This document shows, one piece after another, positions 35,986-49,512 of a DNA stretch of 64,000 nucleotides. Positions within the stretch are counted from its first letter, which is position 1; every line of letters starts with the position of its first letter. The stretch lies in assembly GCF_004010195.1 (NCBI RefSeq), contig NC_057718.1, forward strand, positions 98,022,876 through 98,086,875, given 5' to 3'. The notes below the pieces were generated by a model. It saw only the letters and a list, made by a program, of their open reading frames with translations. It ran no database searches and was not told the origin of the DNA. This DNA is from Chiloscyllium plagiosum. Lineage: Eukaryota. A program made the translations under genes and the position numbers.

Positions 35986-37669
35986 CAAACAGGCAGATCT
36001 CCGATTTGAAATAGGAACTCTGTTACTTTTCCCACAGATGCTGCCTAACCTCCTGAATATTTCTGATTTTATTCTGTTTTTATTTCCCAGCCTCAGCAGA
36101 ATCCTGCTTGTGTTGCATTGATCATGAGGTTAAAGATTGAAAAGATAGCATTGTACAAATAGAGATGAAAAATAAAACACTCATGATCATAATTATGTGG
36201 CGAATGATGGAGTAAGTTAATTACATTTTCAGATTAAACTGATGTCAGTGTTATGAAACCTGAGTTGCTTTGGCTTTGTGTTTGATGTTAAACAGAGTCG
36301 TTTATGACATAAAGCTGGATAAATTGCTCAGAATCAAATGGAAATCATTATTGTTTTGAAATTCAATGATGATAAGCAGGCATGGTATGAAACATTAAAA
36401 TAAATGACCCTAAGCAAATAGGACTTAGTGTTTGCTGCTTCAGGAAGTCTTTTCAAATAAAGTTTTAAAAGCCTGGAAAACAGTATAGAAATACTGCAAA
36501 CTATATGTTGTTGCCTATGGAAAATGGGAGCAGTTTCCCACTGTATGTGAGACCCGTTGCTTGGCATCAGGTAGAGAAAAGTAATGAATAAGCCATTGGA
36601 TGTATTGTTGCTTGTTTCTAACCTGGACAGGAGAGAGTAATGTCGAAGGAAACATTTCCTGGGACAAAATAATGGAGTTGCTGATAAACAGTGCATTTTC
36701 TTGACATTTCTATATTGTCTTTGCGCTGCTCAACAAATGCATGATCTGCAGAGCAAGTTTGAAAGATTAAGATAAACGTAATCCAAATATCAGCATTTAC
36801 AATAATATGCTTTCTTGTATATTTAATACAACAGTTCCCAGATATTCATAACTTACACACCACTTATTGATGACAGGACTTGATTGAACAAATTGTCTTT
36901 GAAGGGCATAACTAAATCCTTTGTGTCAAAGGGATGCAGGTGACAATTTATCATGAGCAATCAGCATTGAGAGAGGGAATATAGTGAGAAAACATCTCCC
37001 TGGTTACCTTGATAGCCAGACCAATAACTGAAGCCCCACTGCAAAATAAACAAAGCAATTCGATTGCTCGCAAAGGAACCAAGACAGATGCCAGTGAGCT
37101 GGGTTTCTTCATCTGTAGGGCTGGGATGGCTGGTCTTTCAGCTACTCAGTCAAGTTAACATTGCAATGTTTTTCACAAACCTGTGTGTGCAATGATTAAT
37201 TTTAATAGGAATGGTGCTGTTTTGTCAGCGAGGGACTTTTGCACTTACACAAACGTCAATGAGAAATGTAGTCCTGACACTGATGGGGTGGCCAGTTGTT
37301 TGGTTTTGGACTGAATTGCCTGGATTTCAGTGCACATGGAACAGGATGCCCTCAGGACTGGTACTTTGAATCCCAGTGTTCGCAATGACTGACCCCCATC
37401 TGAGGGAAGGGCCATTAATTTGCAGGCACTTGCCAACCAATCTGGCGATGCTTTAGAAATGAATGATATCAAAACCAACCAATCAGAGGCTGGGCCATTC
37501 CAGATTGTCACCAGAGTGGCCTACACAGTTACATGGCAGTCAGGACCATTTCCAGGCCCACTATCGTACCCACATGGTAGGTTCCTCTTGGACCTGTCCT
37601 GCATCTTTACAATGTGGCTTTCAATCATCATGTTAACCTTGTTCACTACAACTGTCATTGAAATCACTT

Positions 37670-38045
37670 CCAGACCACATTTGGAATCCTGCCTTCAATT
37701 CTGGTCTCCCTGCTATAGGAAAGATGTTGTTAATCTTGAAAGGGGTGCAGAAAAGATTTACCAGAATGTTGCCAGAACTAGAGGGCATAAGTTTCGGGTG
37801 AGAGGGAAAAGGTATAAAAGGGACCTAAGGGGCACCCCAGAGAGTGGTGCGTGTATGAAATGAGCTGCCAGAGGAAGTGGTACACTTGCAACATTTAAAA
37901 GGCATCCGGATGGGTATATTACTAGGAAGGGTTTGGAGGCATATGGGCCAAATGCTGGAAAATGGGACTGGATTAGGGATATCTGGTCGGCATGGACGAG
38001 TTGGACCGAAGGGTCTGTTTCTATGCTGTACATCTCTATGACTCC
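37670..38045 (+). mobile_element. HER1/CR1 3' fragment with internal deletion
   Basis: RPHLESCLQFWSPCYRKDVVNLE joined directly to RTRGHKFRVRG. Confidence 0.88.
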
Positions 38046-38969
38046 CACAGGATTGGTCCAAGCTGATCAGGAATCACTAACGGCAGGATGGCTGACTAGC
38101 AGACGCTCCTACTTTTACAGCCTAACGTCAGCGTTTGATGAATTTCCATGTTGTTCAGCAATTTGCGCATTGAGTTCCACAGAGCAGTCATACTGATAGT
38201 GCCACACGTTGCAACCAAGTGTTGGCACATGGCAGGGTTTGGTCATCACCTTCTGGAGGAAGGCCAGCCAGAAAGCTCTCCCACCCTTACCACTTGTCCT
38301 CAGGCGGACCTCATGGACATACCGGATGATAATCAACCCTCGTGGCCAGTGCAGTGTCGGACTCAGACCCAGTGCTCTGGGCCCAGAGACACTACCCATG
38401 ATGACACAAGCACTCCCATTGAATGATTACATTTTGAAATGCACCACTGGTTGTGGAGGCACTAAGGTGTGGAAGTTGCTATGCAAATGCAAGTTCTTTT
38501 CTCCTTCAACAGAGCAATAGCCGTTAACTCTTTTGAGCCACGGGACACTGCTATTTCTGGGCTCTGGAGACAAAGCAACAATACTCTGCTTAAAAAATCC
38601 TCACATCCTTAGCATTTAAACTACCCATGTTTAAATCAGATAATTACTTAAATTGGCAAACAAGTGCTCATGGCTTCATTGTCATCAATCACAAAATTGT
38701 TATCTAGTGTGTGTTTAGTGTTCTGTGGTCTTTGGACAGAAACAGTTGTTCCTCTATGAATTTGTGCCTTATTAAGCTGCATTTTCCTTCTATACATAAT
38801 CTTTTCTATGAACCATGAACACGCAGCTCTACAGTCAAATTCGGTGAAGTAAACAATGTCTCTTTAAGGTCAAATATCTTGTGTGTTTAGTCCCTTTTAA
38901 ACGGTGTGGATTTACAGTTTACGGGACTGACTGCACTATAGTCAAATTTAAAACAACTACAACTAAAAG

Positions 38970-39470
38970 CGATTTCTCCTCCCCTCCTGTTAGCAGCCCA
39001 AAGGGTGCAATATCTCTCCTCGACACCTTCGTCCACTCTTTACTCACCTGCCCACCGGCCCCTTAACAACCATGGCAGCTCTCTATGCAAACGCAAGAGG
39101 TATAACACATGACCTTCGACCTCCTCCTCTCTCATCACTGCTTGAGGCTGCAGGTCCACCTTCCAGGCGAAGCAGTGGTGTCTGTGTAGTTCCCTTGAAT
39201 GAAGCTAGTGTGTTCCCTACTCCCCATGAGGCTTCCTGTCCAATGGCGTGACTGCTTGGCAGAACACCTCAATCCAGCTCGTGAGCAAACAGGACTCTGA
39301 ACATCTGAGAGCCTGCCACCTTCACCTCGATCTCCTGCTCCCATCTCTGTCCTCCGCCTGCTGCCATGCTCCAAAGAACCCCAATGCAAACCTCAAGGAA
39401 GAGCATCTTATCTTACCATGCAGCAGTGCATAGACTTATGGACTCAACTACAAGTTCAACCATTTCAGAC
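38970..39470 (+). pseudogene. Highly decayed PLE linker / GIY-YIG fragment
   Basis: Remnant peptides FSSPP..SLLDTFVHS, AEHL, NLKEEHLIL, GLNYKFNHFR. Confidence 0.6.
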
Positions 39471-39559
39471 CATAAACTCTTGTCTTCTCAATCGATCTCT
39501 GCCTGCATGGAGTGTACACCCTTTATGTTTGCAGTGTTAGCACACAGCATCACCTAATA

Positions 39560-40025
39560 AGTAGAGCCATAGAGATGTGCAGCATGGAAACAGACCTTTC
39601 AGTCCAATGCATGCACGCTGACCAGATTAATGTAGTCTCAAATAAATCTCATCCCATTTGCCTGCAATTGGCTCATATCCCTCTAAACTTGTCCTGGTTA
39701 TATACCCATCCAGATGCCTTTTAAATGCTGTAATTGTACCAGCCTCCACCACTTCCTCTGGCAGCTCATTCCATACACGTACCACCCTCTGAAAAAGTTG
39801 TCCCTTAGGTCACTTTTAAACTTTTCCCCTGTTACCCTAAGCCTATGCCCTCCCCTACTCTGAGGAAAAGACTTAGCTATTCACCGTATCCTCTACATAC
39901 AAGGTCATCCCTCATTTTTTGATGCTCGAGGGAAAACAGCCCCAGCCTATTCAGCCTCTCCCTATAGCTCAAATCCTCCAACCCTGGCAACATCCTTGTA
40001 AATCTTCTCTGTACCCTTTCAAGTT
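39560..40025 (-). mobile_element. HER1/CR1 3' fragment
   Basis: Matches other copies. Confidence 0.88.
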
Positions 40026-40044
40026 TGAAAAGGCAGTCCTGTTT

Positions 40045-40395
40045 TTTCATTCACTCGTGCGATGTGGTATCACTAGCTCAGACCAGCATTTATTGCCCAT
40101 CCTAAATTGCCCCCCCCCCCCCCCCACCTCCCAGGGGCAGGGGTGGGGTAAGAGTCATCCACATTGCTGTGGAGTCACGTTAACCTAGACTGGTTAGGAT
40201 AACAGATTTCCTTCCCTAAGAGAAGTAAGTGAATTCGATTTTTTTTGGAAATGACAGTAGTTAGCATGTGCCATGATCTTGTTTTATTGAATTCAAATTT
40301 TCACCATCCACCATAGTGTGACTTGAACCTATGGCTCTGGAAGCTGAGCCTGGATTTCTGCATTACCAGTCCAGTAGCATTACTACCATCTCCCT
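40045..40395 (-). mobile_element. Second SINE family
   Basis: ccagcatttattgcccatccc...cagatttccttccctaa. Confidence 0.65.
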
Positions 40396-40477
40396 TAATG
40401 CTGTAGGGGAATTTAATACCAGTTTAAAGTAAAGGCTCCACCTGCCTCCCTAATGTCTTGAGAAAGAATAAATATGT

Positions 40478-40752
40478 AGGGTGAGAGGGGAAAGATATAA
40501 AAGAGATCTAAGGGGCAACTTTTTCACACAGAGAGTGGTGCATGTATGGAATGAGCTGCCAGAGAAACTGGTGGAGGCTGGTACAATTACAGCATTTAAA
40601 AGGCATCTGGATGGGCATATAGATAGGAAGGGTTTAGAGGGATATGGTCTAAGTGCTGGCAAATGGGACTAGATTAATTTAGGATATCTGGTCGGCATGG
40701 ACGAGTTGGACTGAAGGGTCTGTTTCCGTGCTGTACACCTCTATGTCTCTAT
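40478..40752 (+). mobile_element. HER1/CR1 3' fragment
   Basis: RGERYKRDLRGNFFTQRVVHVWNELP. Confidence 0.92.
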
Positions 40753-41917
40753 GCCCAGGGTACTGAGTCAATCAGACCTTGGCTTAACAGTTGCCATGAA
40801 AAAGGCCCAGCTTTCATTTTCCTGGACAGATGTTTATTTCATAAACACAAGGTGATTGCTTAGCCCCTTGGCTGATTAGGAACTGACATTCAATGCAAGG
40901 AGGATCAGAACAAGACATGTTGAAATTGTAATTGGTACATTCAACAGCAAACACATTGCAGTATGCTCACAGTTGTATGTTGTGGTACGTCAGACTTATT
41001 GTAGTGGACTTGATAGGGCAGTATGTTTGGTATTGACTGAGGCAGGCATAACCCTAGGTTACTAACTAGGAGACAAAATATTCAGTTTGCAAGTTAAAAA
41101 TGGAGTTGTTGACAGGCTCAAGGAGCTATGCATAATGTCCTCGATGTACATAAACATTATTACTTTGCTCGATATCCCTCAGCCTGGAGTAGCTGTGAAT
41201 CCATTTCTGCTGGTGAGTGTCAAATTGCAGAATACATTGAACTCCTCGAACCGGTTTGAGCTGACGTAATTCTAACTGAGAGACACCCATGGTACCAGTC
41301 AAACTGGACTGATATTGAAATGTGCAGTGTCAGAAGATATATATAAAAGACTCTAACAAATAGGTTGTCTTTGCATTTAGATTGATCAAGCCATTAGTGA
41401 ATTTCTGTTGTATTCCACTGAACATGTACTTCCTAGCTCTGAACAAAATGTTGAAAATCATCAATTCTATTTGCAACCAAATTTGGGTTTTTAGCTTAAA
41501 GGCCGTACACTAGCAATCTCGATCATATGGAGTAATCCAGAATGCCAGTTATAATTATGTGGCTAGATTTGGAATAGCCTGAAATGGTGAAGTAATTGAA
41601 TGTAGTTCTGAACCACTTTAATGTTGATGCCTGATCTCACAACTCGTTGGAAGCAGGATGTGGGGGCAGAGAGAATTTCAACCTTCCAAAATGTTTCTCA
41701 TCTAAAATAGACCTCGTAGTTTTGGATGAAAAATCGAGTCTGAGAATATTGGCTTCTACTCGCATAGATGTTAGGTTACAAGAACTGATAACGGTTGTTT
41801 TACAAAATTATTTTAACCAGTGCAATTCTTTTAAGGCTTCACAATCTTTTAGTAGAAAACAGTAAAAAGGCGTAAACCTACAAAGGCAATCCATCCCAAA
41901 GATGCAGAGATGGAAGT

Positions 41918-42500
41918 AATAGAGTCATACAGCATGGAAACAGACCCTTCGGTCCAACCATTCCATGCCGAGCATTGTTCCAAACTAAACTAGTCCCACC
42001 TGCCTGTTCCTGGCCCATATCCCTCCAAACCTTTCCTATTCATGTCCTTATCCAAATCGATGTCTTTTAAACTTTGGAATTGTACCCAACATCCGCCACT
42101 TCCTCAGCAAGTCCATTCCACATATGAACCATCCTCTGTAAAATGTTTGCCCCATGTCATTTTTAAATCTCTCTCCTCTCACCTTAAAAATGTGCCCCCT
42201 AATCTTGAAATACCCCATCCTAGGGGAAAGACACCTACCATTAACTCAATCCATAACCCTCTCTTTAATAAACTTCTATGAAGTTGCCTCTCACCTCCTC
42301 CGTTTCAGTGAAAAAGGTCCCAGCCTATCCAGCCTTTCTTTATAACTCAAACTTTCTATACCCAGCAACATTCTGGTAACTCTCTTCTGAATCCTCTCCA
42401 GCTTAATAATGTCCTTCCTGTAACAGGGTGACCGGAACTGGACACACAGTAGTCCAGAAGAGGCCTCACCAGTGTCCTGTACAACCTCTACATGACTTCT
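41918..42500 (-). mobile_element. HER1/CR1 3' fragment
   Basis: CVQFRSPCYRKDIIKLERIQKRVTRML. Confidence 0.88.
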
Positions 42501-43802
42501 CTTTTCAGTGAGAGCAGTAATTAACTGTGGTTGTAGATAGAGCACCTCATGTTCAATTAGTATAAATGTACGAAGAGTGAGGTTAAGTAGCAAAATTACA
42601 TAACACTTAAATTGCTTCTCTCATGTTGTGGCTCTAAATATGGAGCCCCATTCAATATGAAGCTAAAATGTCTAAACCAAATATGATAATAAAACAAACA
42701 GCTGCAGGTGTTTGGACATAGAACAGTACAGCACAGCACAGGCCCTTCGGCCCTTCATGTTGTGCCTGCCTTTTATCCTACTCTACAATCAGGAGAAAGT
42801 GAGAACGGCAGATGCTGGGGATCAGAGTCGATGTTGGATCAGAAAGAGAAACAAAAATAGATGCAGAAACTCAGCAGGTCTAGTAACACCTGTGGAGAGA
42901 AAGCAGAGTTCCAGTGACCCCTGTTCAGAGCAGAGTTCTCTCCACAGGTGCTGCCAGTCCTGCCGAGTTAAACCAAATATGATGCCTTTCTGTAAATTTT
43001 TTTTTACACGATCAGAAAAAAGCAGCGTATTTTTGAAAACCCATTTGAATTGTATTCAACTGTTAGGGCAGTACTTGGAAATTTGGTTAATTTTGCTTGA
43101 TTTTGTTGTCCAAACAATTTCAAGGAGAGGGAGTTAGTTAGATTGCAGTCACATCAGCCATGATCACCCTGAATTGCGGAGCTACAGCTTTCCCATGCTC
43201 CCGGCTAATTTAAAACAAGCTGCAGAGCTTGAACACATTCCTTTTGTTTGCAGGGAATGGGTCCCTGTTTATGAATCATTTTTGTCGTGGCAATATCTCA
43301 GCCAGTCAAAGGTGACTTGCCAACCAACCAGCCAACAAGTGCTGTCGCATAAATTAATGTAAATTGCTTGGAATTTGGCATTCTTGCATTTGTCCTGTTG
43401 CAAGATAAGATTTGGCAACTGGTTCTGGAATTCTGGATTTCCAGAATATAATCCTGGAATTCCCTCCCACATGGCATTGTGGGTCAACCCAGAGCAGGTG
43501 GACTGCAGTGGTTCAAGAAGGCAGCTCACCCCCATCTTCTCAAGAAGCAACTAGGGACAGGCAATAAACGTTGGGCCCAGCCAGTGACGCCCACATCCCA
43601 TGAATGAATAATAAAGTCCCCTGTTTCCAGGTTCTGTATTCCATGGCAAATAGAAGTTCCTGTTGTTTTAGTAAATGACTTGCAGCCATAAACTTGATTT
43701 TTGAGGTAAGTGTTTAGTTTTTTATTTGCTCTGACCTATTTAATGCTACTCACTTTGAATGCGAAGAAGGTTGTGTTGTAAAGAATGTCCCAACATTCTA
43801 AA

Positions 43803-43993
43803 ATCAGAAGTCACAAGACACAAACTTATAGTCTAACAGATTTATCTGAAATTACAAGCGTTTGGAGCGCTGAAGATTCACCTGACAGAGGAGCAGCGCT
43901 TCGAAAGCTTGTGATTTCAAATAAACCTGTTGGACTATAACCTGGTGTCATGTGACTTCTGACTTTGTCCACCCCAGTCCACCACCGGCACCT
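43803..43993. mobile_element. Family B PLE fold-back with degenerate hammerhead
   Basis: UCAC-CUGACAGA-GGAGC-AGC-GCUUC-GAAA-GCUU-GUGA; AATAAA downstream. Confidence 0.8.
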
Positions 43994-44667
43994 AAGCACC
44001 ATGGCCATCATTTTAACAAAGTCCATCTTGTGGGCTGATGGTGATGTAGTGGCCATGTCACTGAGCTAACAGGCTACAGGCCCAGGATCATGTTGTGATG
44101 ACACCAACTTAGAACTCAGGATGACAGCTAGTATTGTATTATTAAATCAGGACTGAAAGCTTGTCTCAGTGGCGGTGACTATTGGCGATTCTTGGACAAG
44201 CCCTTCAGGCTCAGTAATGCCATTCACAGAAGGAAATTTGCCATTCCTAGCCTGTCTGGCCTACCTGCGACTCCAAACTCGCAGCTATGGTGTTGACCCT
44301 TTGGAAATGGCCCAGAAAGCCAATCAGTTCAAGGTCAATTAGGGGTGAATCCCTTAAAAAAATAAGGAAGAGAAAACTATAAAAGTACAAGCTCAGCCCA
44401 CAGCTTTCAGCAGAAATTTCAGCTTTCTCTCGCCTCTTCCGATTGGAATGTTATGCTGTCCTCTGGCATGGCCGAGTGCCCAGCAAATCGCTCCATTTCA
44501 GGGGCACTTAGAACCAGGCAATGAATGACAGCTGGGCTAGCGTCACCCACATTACACAAAGACATGAAAAAGATTGCCTTTCAGAGTGGTACTTGTCTCC
44601 CCATGTTCCTGTTAATGTCAGTGACGACCTGAGCCGGTCTCTTTCATTACTGTCCATCGGATTGTAA

Positions 44668-45065
44668 TGTCATAGAGATGTACACACTGTTTAGCCCAAC
44701 TTGTCCATGCTGACCAGCTATCCTAAATTAATCTTGTCCCATTTGCCAGCACATGGCCCATATCCCTCTAATGGCTCATTCCTGATGAAGGACTTTTGTC
44801 CGAAACGTCAATTTTCCTGCACCTCGGATGCTGCCTGACCTGCTGTGCTTTTCCAGCACCACACTATTCTCCAGCATCTGCAATAACCACTTCTGCCATA
44901 TCCCTCTAAACCCTTTGTATCCATGTAGCCATCCAGATGTCTTTTAAATGTTGTAATCGTGCCAGCTTACACCACTTCCTCTGGCAGCTCATCCCATACA
45001 CACACCACCCTCAGTGTGACAAAAGTTGCCCTTTAGATCCCTTTTGAATCTTTGCCCTCTCACCT
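44668..45065 (-). mobile_element. HER1/CR1 fragment with nested family A PLE end (44772-44895, +)
   Basis: 14-bp TSD ccatatccctctaa at 44758-44771 and 44896-44909. Confidence 0.9.
44778..44813 (+). ncRNA. Minimal hammerhead motif with compensatory stem II
   Basis: AUUC-CUGAUGA-A-GGAC-UUUU-GUCC-GAAA-CGUC. Confidence 0.75.
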
Positions 45066-45604
45066 GGATATGTTGTTTCATTTAAACAACATTGCTTGAT
45101 GTGCATTGATCTTTTTCTTTCACTGGATGACTTGAAACTATTTTCATTTGCAGCGGAATATATAGGTCAGGTGGCCAATATTGATAGGGGCCAGTGAAAA
45201 CAGAAAACGCAAGAAATCTTTGGGATATCGGGCAGCACCTACATCAGAAAGAGCAGAGTCAGTGTTTCGGGTCATTGACCTTTTATCAGAACCCGGGCTA
45301 TTTTGACTTGGTTTTTATTGAACCTTTAGCCCTGAGCCTTTACTGGATAATGGAAGTCAAAACTGCACTGCCAAATGCCTAACAGTAATTCTTCCTGACT
45401 TGAACAGTTTTCAGCTCAAATACTCAGTGCTGAGGTGCTAACAGGGTCTAGAATAGCTGGCTCTGAGGAGCTAGTATGAATTGGCACCAAGGGATCTGTT
45501 CTTTCACACAAAAACATGTTCAATATTCATAAGAAATTGATAGAAATACACAATTGACTGATTCGACAAAAAAAGAGGTAGCTTATTGAGTTGTGAACAT
45601 TTGG

Positions 45605-45945
45605 TAAATAGACAAGGTCTTCCCCCTGGGGTGCGGGGGGGGGGGGGGGGGGCAGAACTAGAGGGCATAGGTTTAAGGTGAGAGGGGAAGGATTTAAAAA
45701 GGACCTAAGGGGCAACGTTTTCACACACAGGGTGGTGCGTGTATGGAATGAGCTGCCAGAGGAAGTGGTGGAGGCTGGTACAATTGCAACATTTAAAAGG
45801 CGTCTGGATGGGTATATGGATAGGAAGGGTTTAGAGGGATATGGACCGGATGCTGGCAAATGGGATGAGATTAATTTAGGATATCAGGTCGGCATTGACA
45901 AGTTGAACTGAAGGGTCTGTTTCTGTGCAGTATATCTCTATGACT
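45605..45945 (+). mobile_element. HER1/CR1 3' fragment
   Basis: RGEGFKKDLRGNVFTHRVVRVWNELP. Confidence 0.92.
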
Positions 45946-46615
45946 GTAAGTATGTTTATAACAGAATTGACCCTTCTTCAGTCATCGGTACGGTTTCATT
46001 TGCATTAAATCTAAAGTGAGTCATTTTAGACTCATATTTCAAAAGAAAAACCTTTCCTCAAGAGCATAAGACATAGGAGCAGAAATTGGTGATTCAACCT
46101 CAACACGTCAATCCTGCCTTTTCCCCATTCCTTTGATTCCCTGAATGATAAAAACATCTGTTTGTCTCAGCCTTGAATATATTTAACACCACAGCCTCAA
46201 CTGCCCTCTGCAGTGAAGCATTCATTACCCTCTGAACAAAGAAGTTCCTCCTCAACTCTGTCTTCAATGTGTGGCCCTTTATGCTGAGATAATGCTGTCT
46301 GGTCCTCGACCTTCCCATAAGAGGAAACAACCTCTCCACATCTACATAGTTGAGTCCACTGAGAATCTTGTATGCTTCAATAAGGTCACTTTTCCTTCTA
46401 CATTCCAATGAGTGCAGATCCAACCCATTCCACCTCTCCTCATAGGATAGTCCCTCCATACCTGGAAGTCACAAGAAACCAGGTCATAGTCCAACAGATT
46501 TATTTGAAAGAGTGAACTTTCTCTTGGCTACCTTCAATGCCAGAGTATCTTTCCTTAGATAAGGGGCCAAAAACTGTTCACAGTACTCCAGCTGTGGTAT
46601 GACTAATGCCTAGTA

Positions 46616-46833
46616 CAGGCAGTCCCTGAGTTGTCCTGTTCTGAGTCTGTTCACAAGTCAATTGTACGCAAGTTCAGAATGCAATACAGGGAAATATTAA
46701 TTAATTGTGTGTAAGTGCAGGTAATGTTCATGTGTCTGATATTTAAAATGCTTATTACTACGCCCCTATATGGGATCGAGTTCATAAGTACGAGCATTTG
46801 TATGTTGAATGTTTATAAATTGGAAGCCTCCTG
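46616..46833. mobile_element. Tigger-like MITE
   Basis: ta|caggcagtccctgagtt ... aattggaagcctcctg|ca, degenerate TIRs; interrupts the CR1. Confidence 0.6.
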
Positions 46834-47203
46834 CATAGTTTTAGCAAAACCTCCAACTTTTATACTCCATTTCCTTTGAAATAAAGGCCAACATTCCATT
46901 TGCATTTCTTATTGCCTGCTGAACTTCGATGCTAGCCTTGTGTGATTCATGGATGAGGACTCCTGACATCCCTCTGTTATGTCACTTTCTGCATTCTTTC
47001 TCCATTTAAATAATATTCAACCCCTCTACTCTTCCTGCTGACTTACATAACTTCACATTTTCCCACATTATGTTCCATCTGCCAAGTCTTTGTCACTCAC
47101 TTCTAGCCTGTCTGTGTCCTTTGCAGACTCTTTGTGTCATCCTCTCCACTTACCTTCCTACCTACTTTTGTGTCATCCACAAACTTGGCTACGGATACAT
47201 TCA

Positions 47204-47319
47204 GAGCTGAAAATGTGTTGCTGGAAAAGCGCAGCAGGTCAGGCAGCATCCAAGGAGCAGGAGAATCGACGTTTCGGGCATGAGCCCTTCTCCAGCATCT
47301 GCAGTCCTCACTTTCTCCA
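47204..47319. mobile_element. Family A PLE insertion
   Basis: TSD acggatacattca / acgggtgcattca at 47191-47203 and 47320-47332. Confidence 0.8.
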
Positions 47320-47511
47320 ACGGGTGCATTCACTTTCCTCATCCTGATCATTAATGTGTGCTGTCCATGATTGTGGTCCCAGCACTGATCCCTGTGGCAC
47401 ACCACTAATTACAGGCTGTCATTCTGAAAATACCCTCTTTACCCCAACTCTTTGTCTTCAGTTAGTTAGCCAGTCTTCTGTCAATAGTAATATAATCCTC
47501 TAAGAGCGTAA

Positions 47512-47761
47512 TATGGAGATATCAGTGTTGGACTGGGGTGTACAAAGTTAAAAATCACACAACACCAGGTTATAATCCAACAGGTTTAATTGGAAGCACT
47601 AGCTTTCGGAGCGCTGCTCCTTCACCAGGTGATTGTGATGAAGGAGCAGCGCTCCTTTGATGAAGGATCCACCTGATGAAGGAGCAGCGCTCCGAAAGCT
47701 AGTGCTTCCAATTAAACCTGTTGGATTATAACCTGGTGTTTTTAACCTTTTTAACTTTGTC
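47512..47761. mobile_element. Family B PLE fold-back insertion
   Basis: Inverted arms; hammerhead cores on both strands. Confidence 0.88.
47670..47704 (+). ncRNA. Minimal hammerhead motif (family B)
   Basis: CAC-CUGAUGA-A-GGAGC-AGC-GCUCC-GAAA-GCUA-GUG. Confidence 0.8.
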
Positions 47762-49201
47762 CAACAGCATAAGTTCTGATTACGATGCCTAACGTGTGAG
47801 ACCTTATCAAATGTTCTCTGAAAATCCAAATAAGTTATATCCAGTCCTTCCCCTTTATCTATCTTGCTTGTTTCAAATTACACAGTGCGGATTGACAAAG
47901 CATTGTGTTGAATTGTGTGTGTGCGTCTAGTTTTGTAAATCCTTTGTAGTACCTACTTGGTTTGCCAAATTACAGTGCAGAAACTGAGGGCTGGAATTTC
48001 CCTGAGTGATATGGACAGTGCCCAGACAGCTGAAAAAATTGGCAGCATTGAAAACAAAATGAGATTATCGATGTCAAGAGAAAATGTTCCATTTTCCATC
48101 CAAACTTTGAACACCAATATGAGGATCTCATGACTGGGGAGTGAGAGGCCTCTTAATCAGCATTCCCTGATTATCTGTTCTCGCCTCATTGGTATTACAG
48201 AGTGCTGCTCTCCTACCCACCAGAGAGAAACTGGACAGTGACAATCCCAACATGAAAGTCAGCACAGGTACCTTGCTAACTTTCCCCAATGTCTCATGCT
48301 ATGTTCCTTGGGTAATGGGTAATGACTGTTAGCAGTGGCATGCATCCAACTCCCCCCCCCCCCCACCCTAGGGTGTTCACCTCACTTACAACACAGAATA
48401 CTGCACACCGATGCCTTACATTGTAATCTGCTGCCAGACTGATTTGCACACAGGGATGGGCATTGGAATCAGGTATCTCAGGTAACTTGCTGCCTTACTG
48501 CCCACTCTTACGCCTACGTTGTATACTCACACGTCTCCACCTTGCCTTTTGGTCATCATTGAGAGACCACAGACTCACTGTACTTCTGTCTTGCCTTGGC
48601 GCTTAGTGCAGACATAAAGCCAGGCAGTTTTGTCATGTTTGCCAGCTGTGATCTGTCAGAAGAGCAGATGGCAATGTTTTACATCAATCTCACACCTGCA
48701 CCTTGTGCCAGCAGCTTATTTAGCACACGCACACTGAATGAACCAATTGACCATGTCTCAAAGGCTCAGGGGAGGAATCCTCAAACAAGGCAGAGGGGGT
48801 GGTCATTGGTCAGGAATGATCAGTAAAGTAAGTGAAGAGCATTGTCTAAAATCAGTCCAGCCCTTTGAGCAGGTAATTGGGGGATTCAGTATCATTACAG
48901 TCCAGGGATTGGGCTACGCTCAGTCCAGGAATTTAGTGATAAAACAGTCAGGGAGCAGCACAGAGATCAGCCCAATGTCCGACCACTCATCAGTAAGGAC
49001 TGTCCTTCCAAGTCTGTCAGTGAAGTGGGACCCTGGTCAGCCCTGATCAATAACAAAACGTTGTGCAGCCCTAGGCGTTAGTGAAAGAGAAGCTCTCCTT
49101 CAGTGAGAATTCTAGCTCGAAGAACAGGTATTCTGTGTCACTTCATTCTTGTCACCATGGTCGCTGTGGCGATCGATCGGGTACAAGCTGATGTAAAGCT
49201 G

Positions 49202-49512
49202 GGGCGGCACGGTGGTTCAGTGGTTAGCACTGCTGTCTCGCAGCGGCAGGGACCCAGGTTCAAATCCAGCCTCGGGTAACTGTCTGCATGGAGTTTCCAC
49301 ATTCTCCCCGTGTCTGCGTGGGTTTCCTCTGGGTGCTCCAGTTTCCTCCCACAGTCCAAAGATGTGCAGGTCAGGTGAATTCACCATGCTAAATAGCCCA
49401 TAGTGATAGGTGCATTAGTAGGGGAATGGGTCTGGATGGGTTACTGTTCGGAGGATCGGTGTGGTCAGGTTGGGCCTAAGGGCTTGTTTCCACACTGTAG
49501 GGACTCTAATCT
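49202..49512 (+). mobile_element. HE1 SINE
   Basis: gggcggcacggtggttcagtggttagcac...ctaatctaa. Confidence 0.92.

Larger units (their letters stand above)
46060..47860 (-). mobile_element. Long CR1 RT fragment with several nested insertions
   Basis: MDFQRTFDKVSH, AKFVDDTK (RT catalytic motif), GLSYEER...DLIEAYKIL. Confidence 0.85.

Noticed and set aside
37400..37650. Possible further solo LTR ending ...ttcactaca with CCAAT motifs
   Set aside because: Could not identify the other terminus or a TSD
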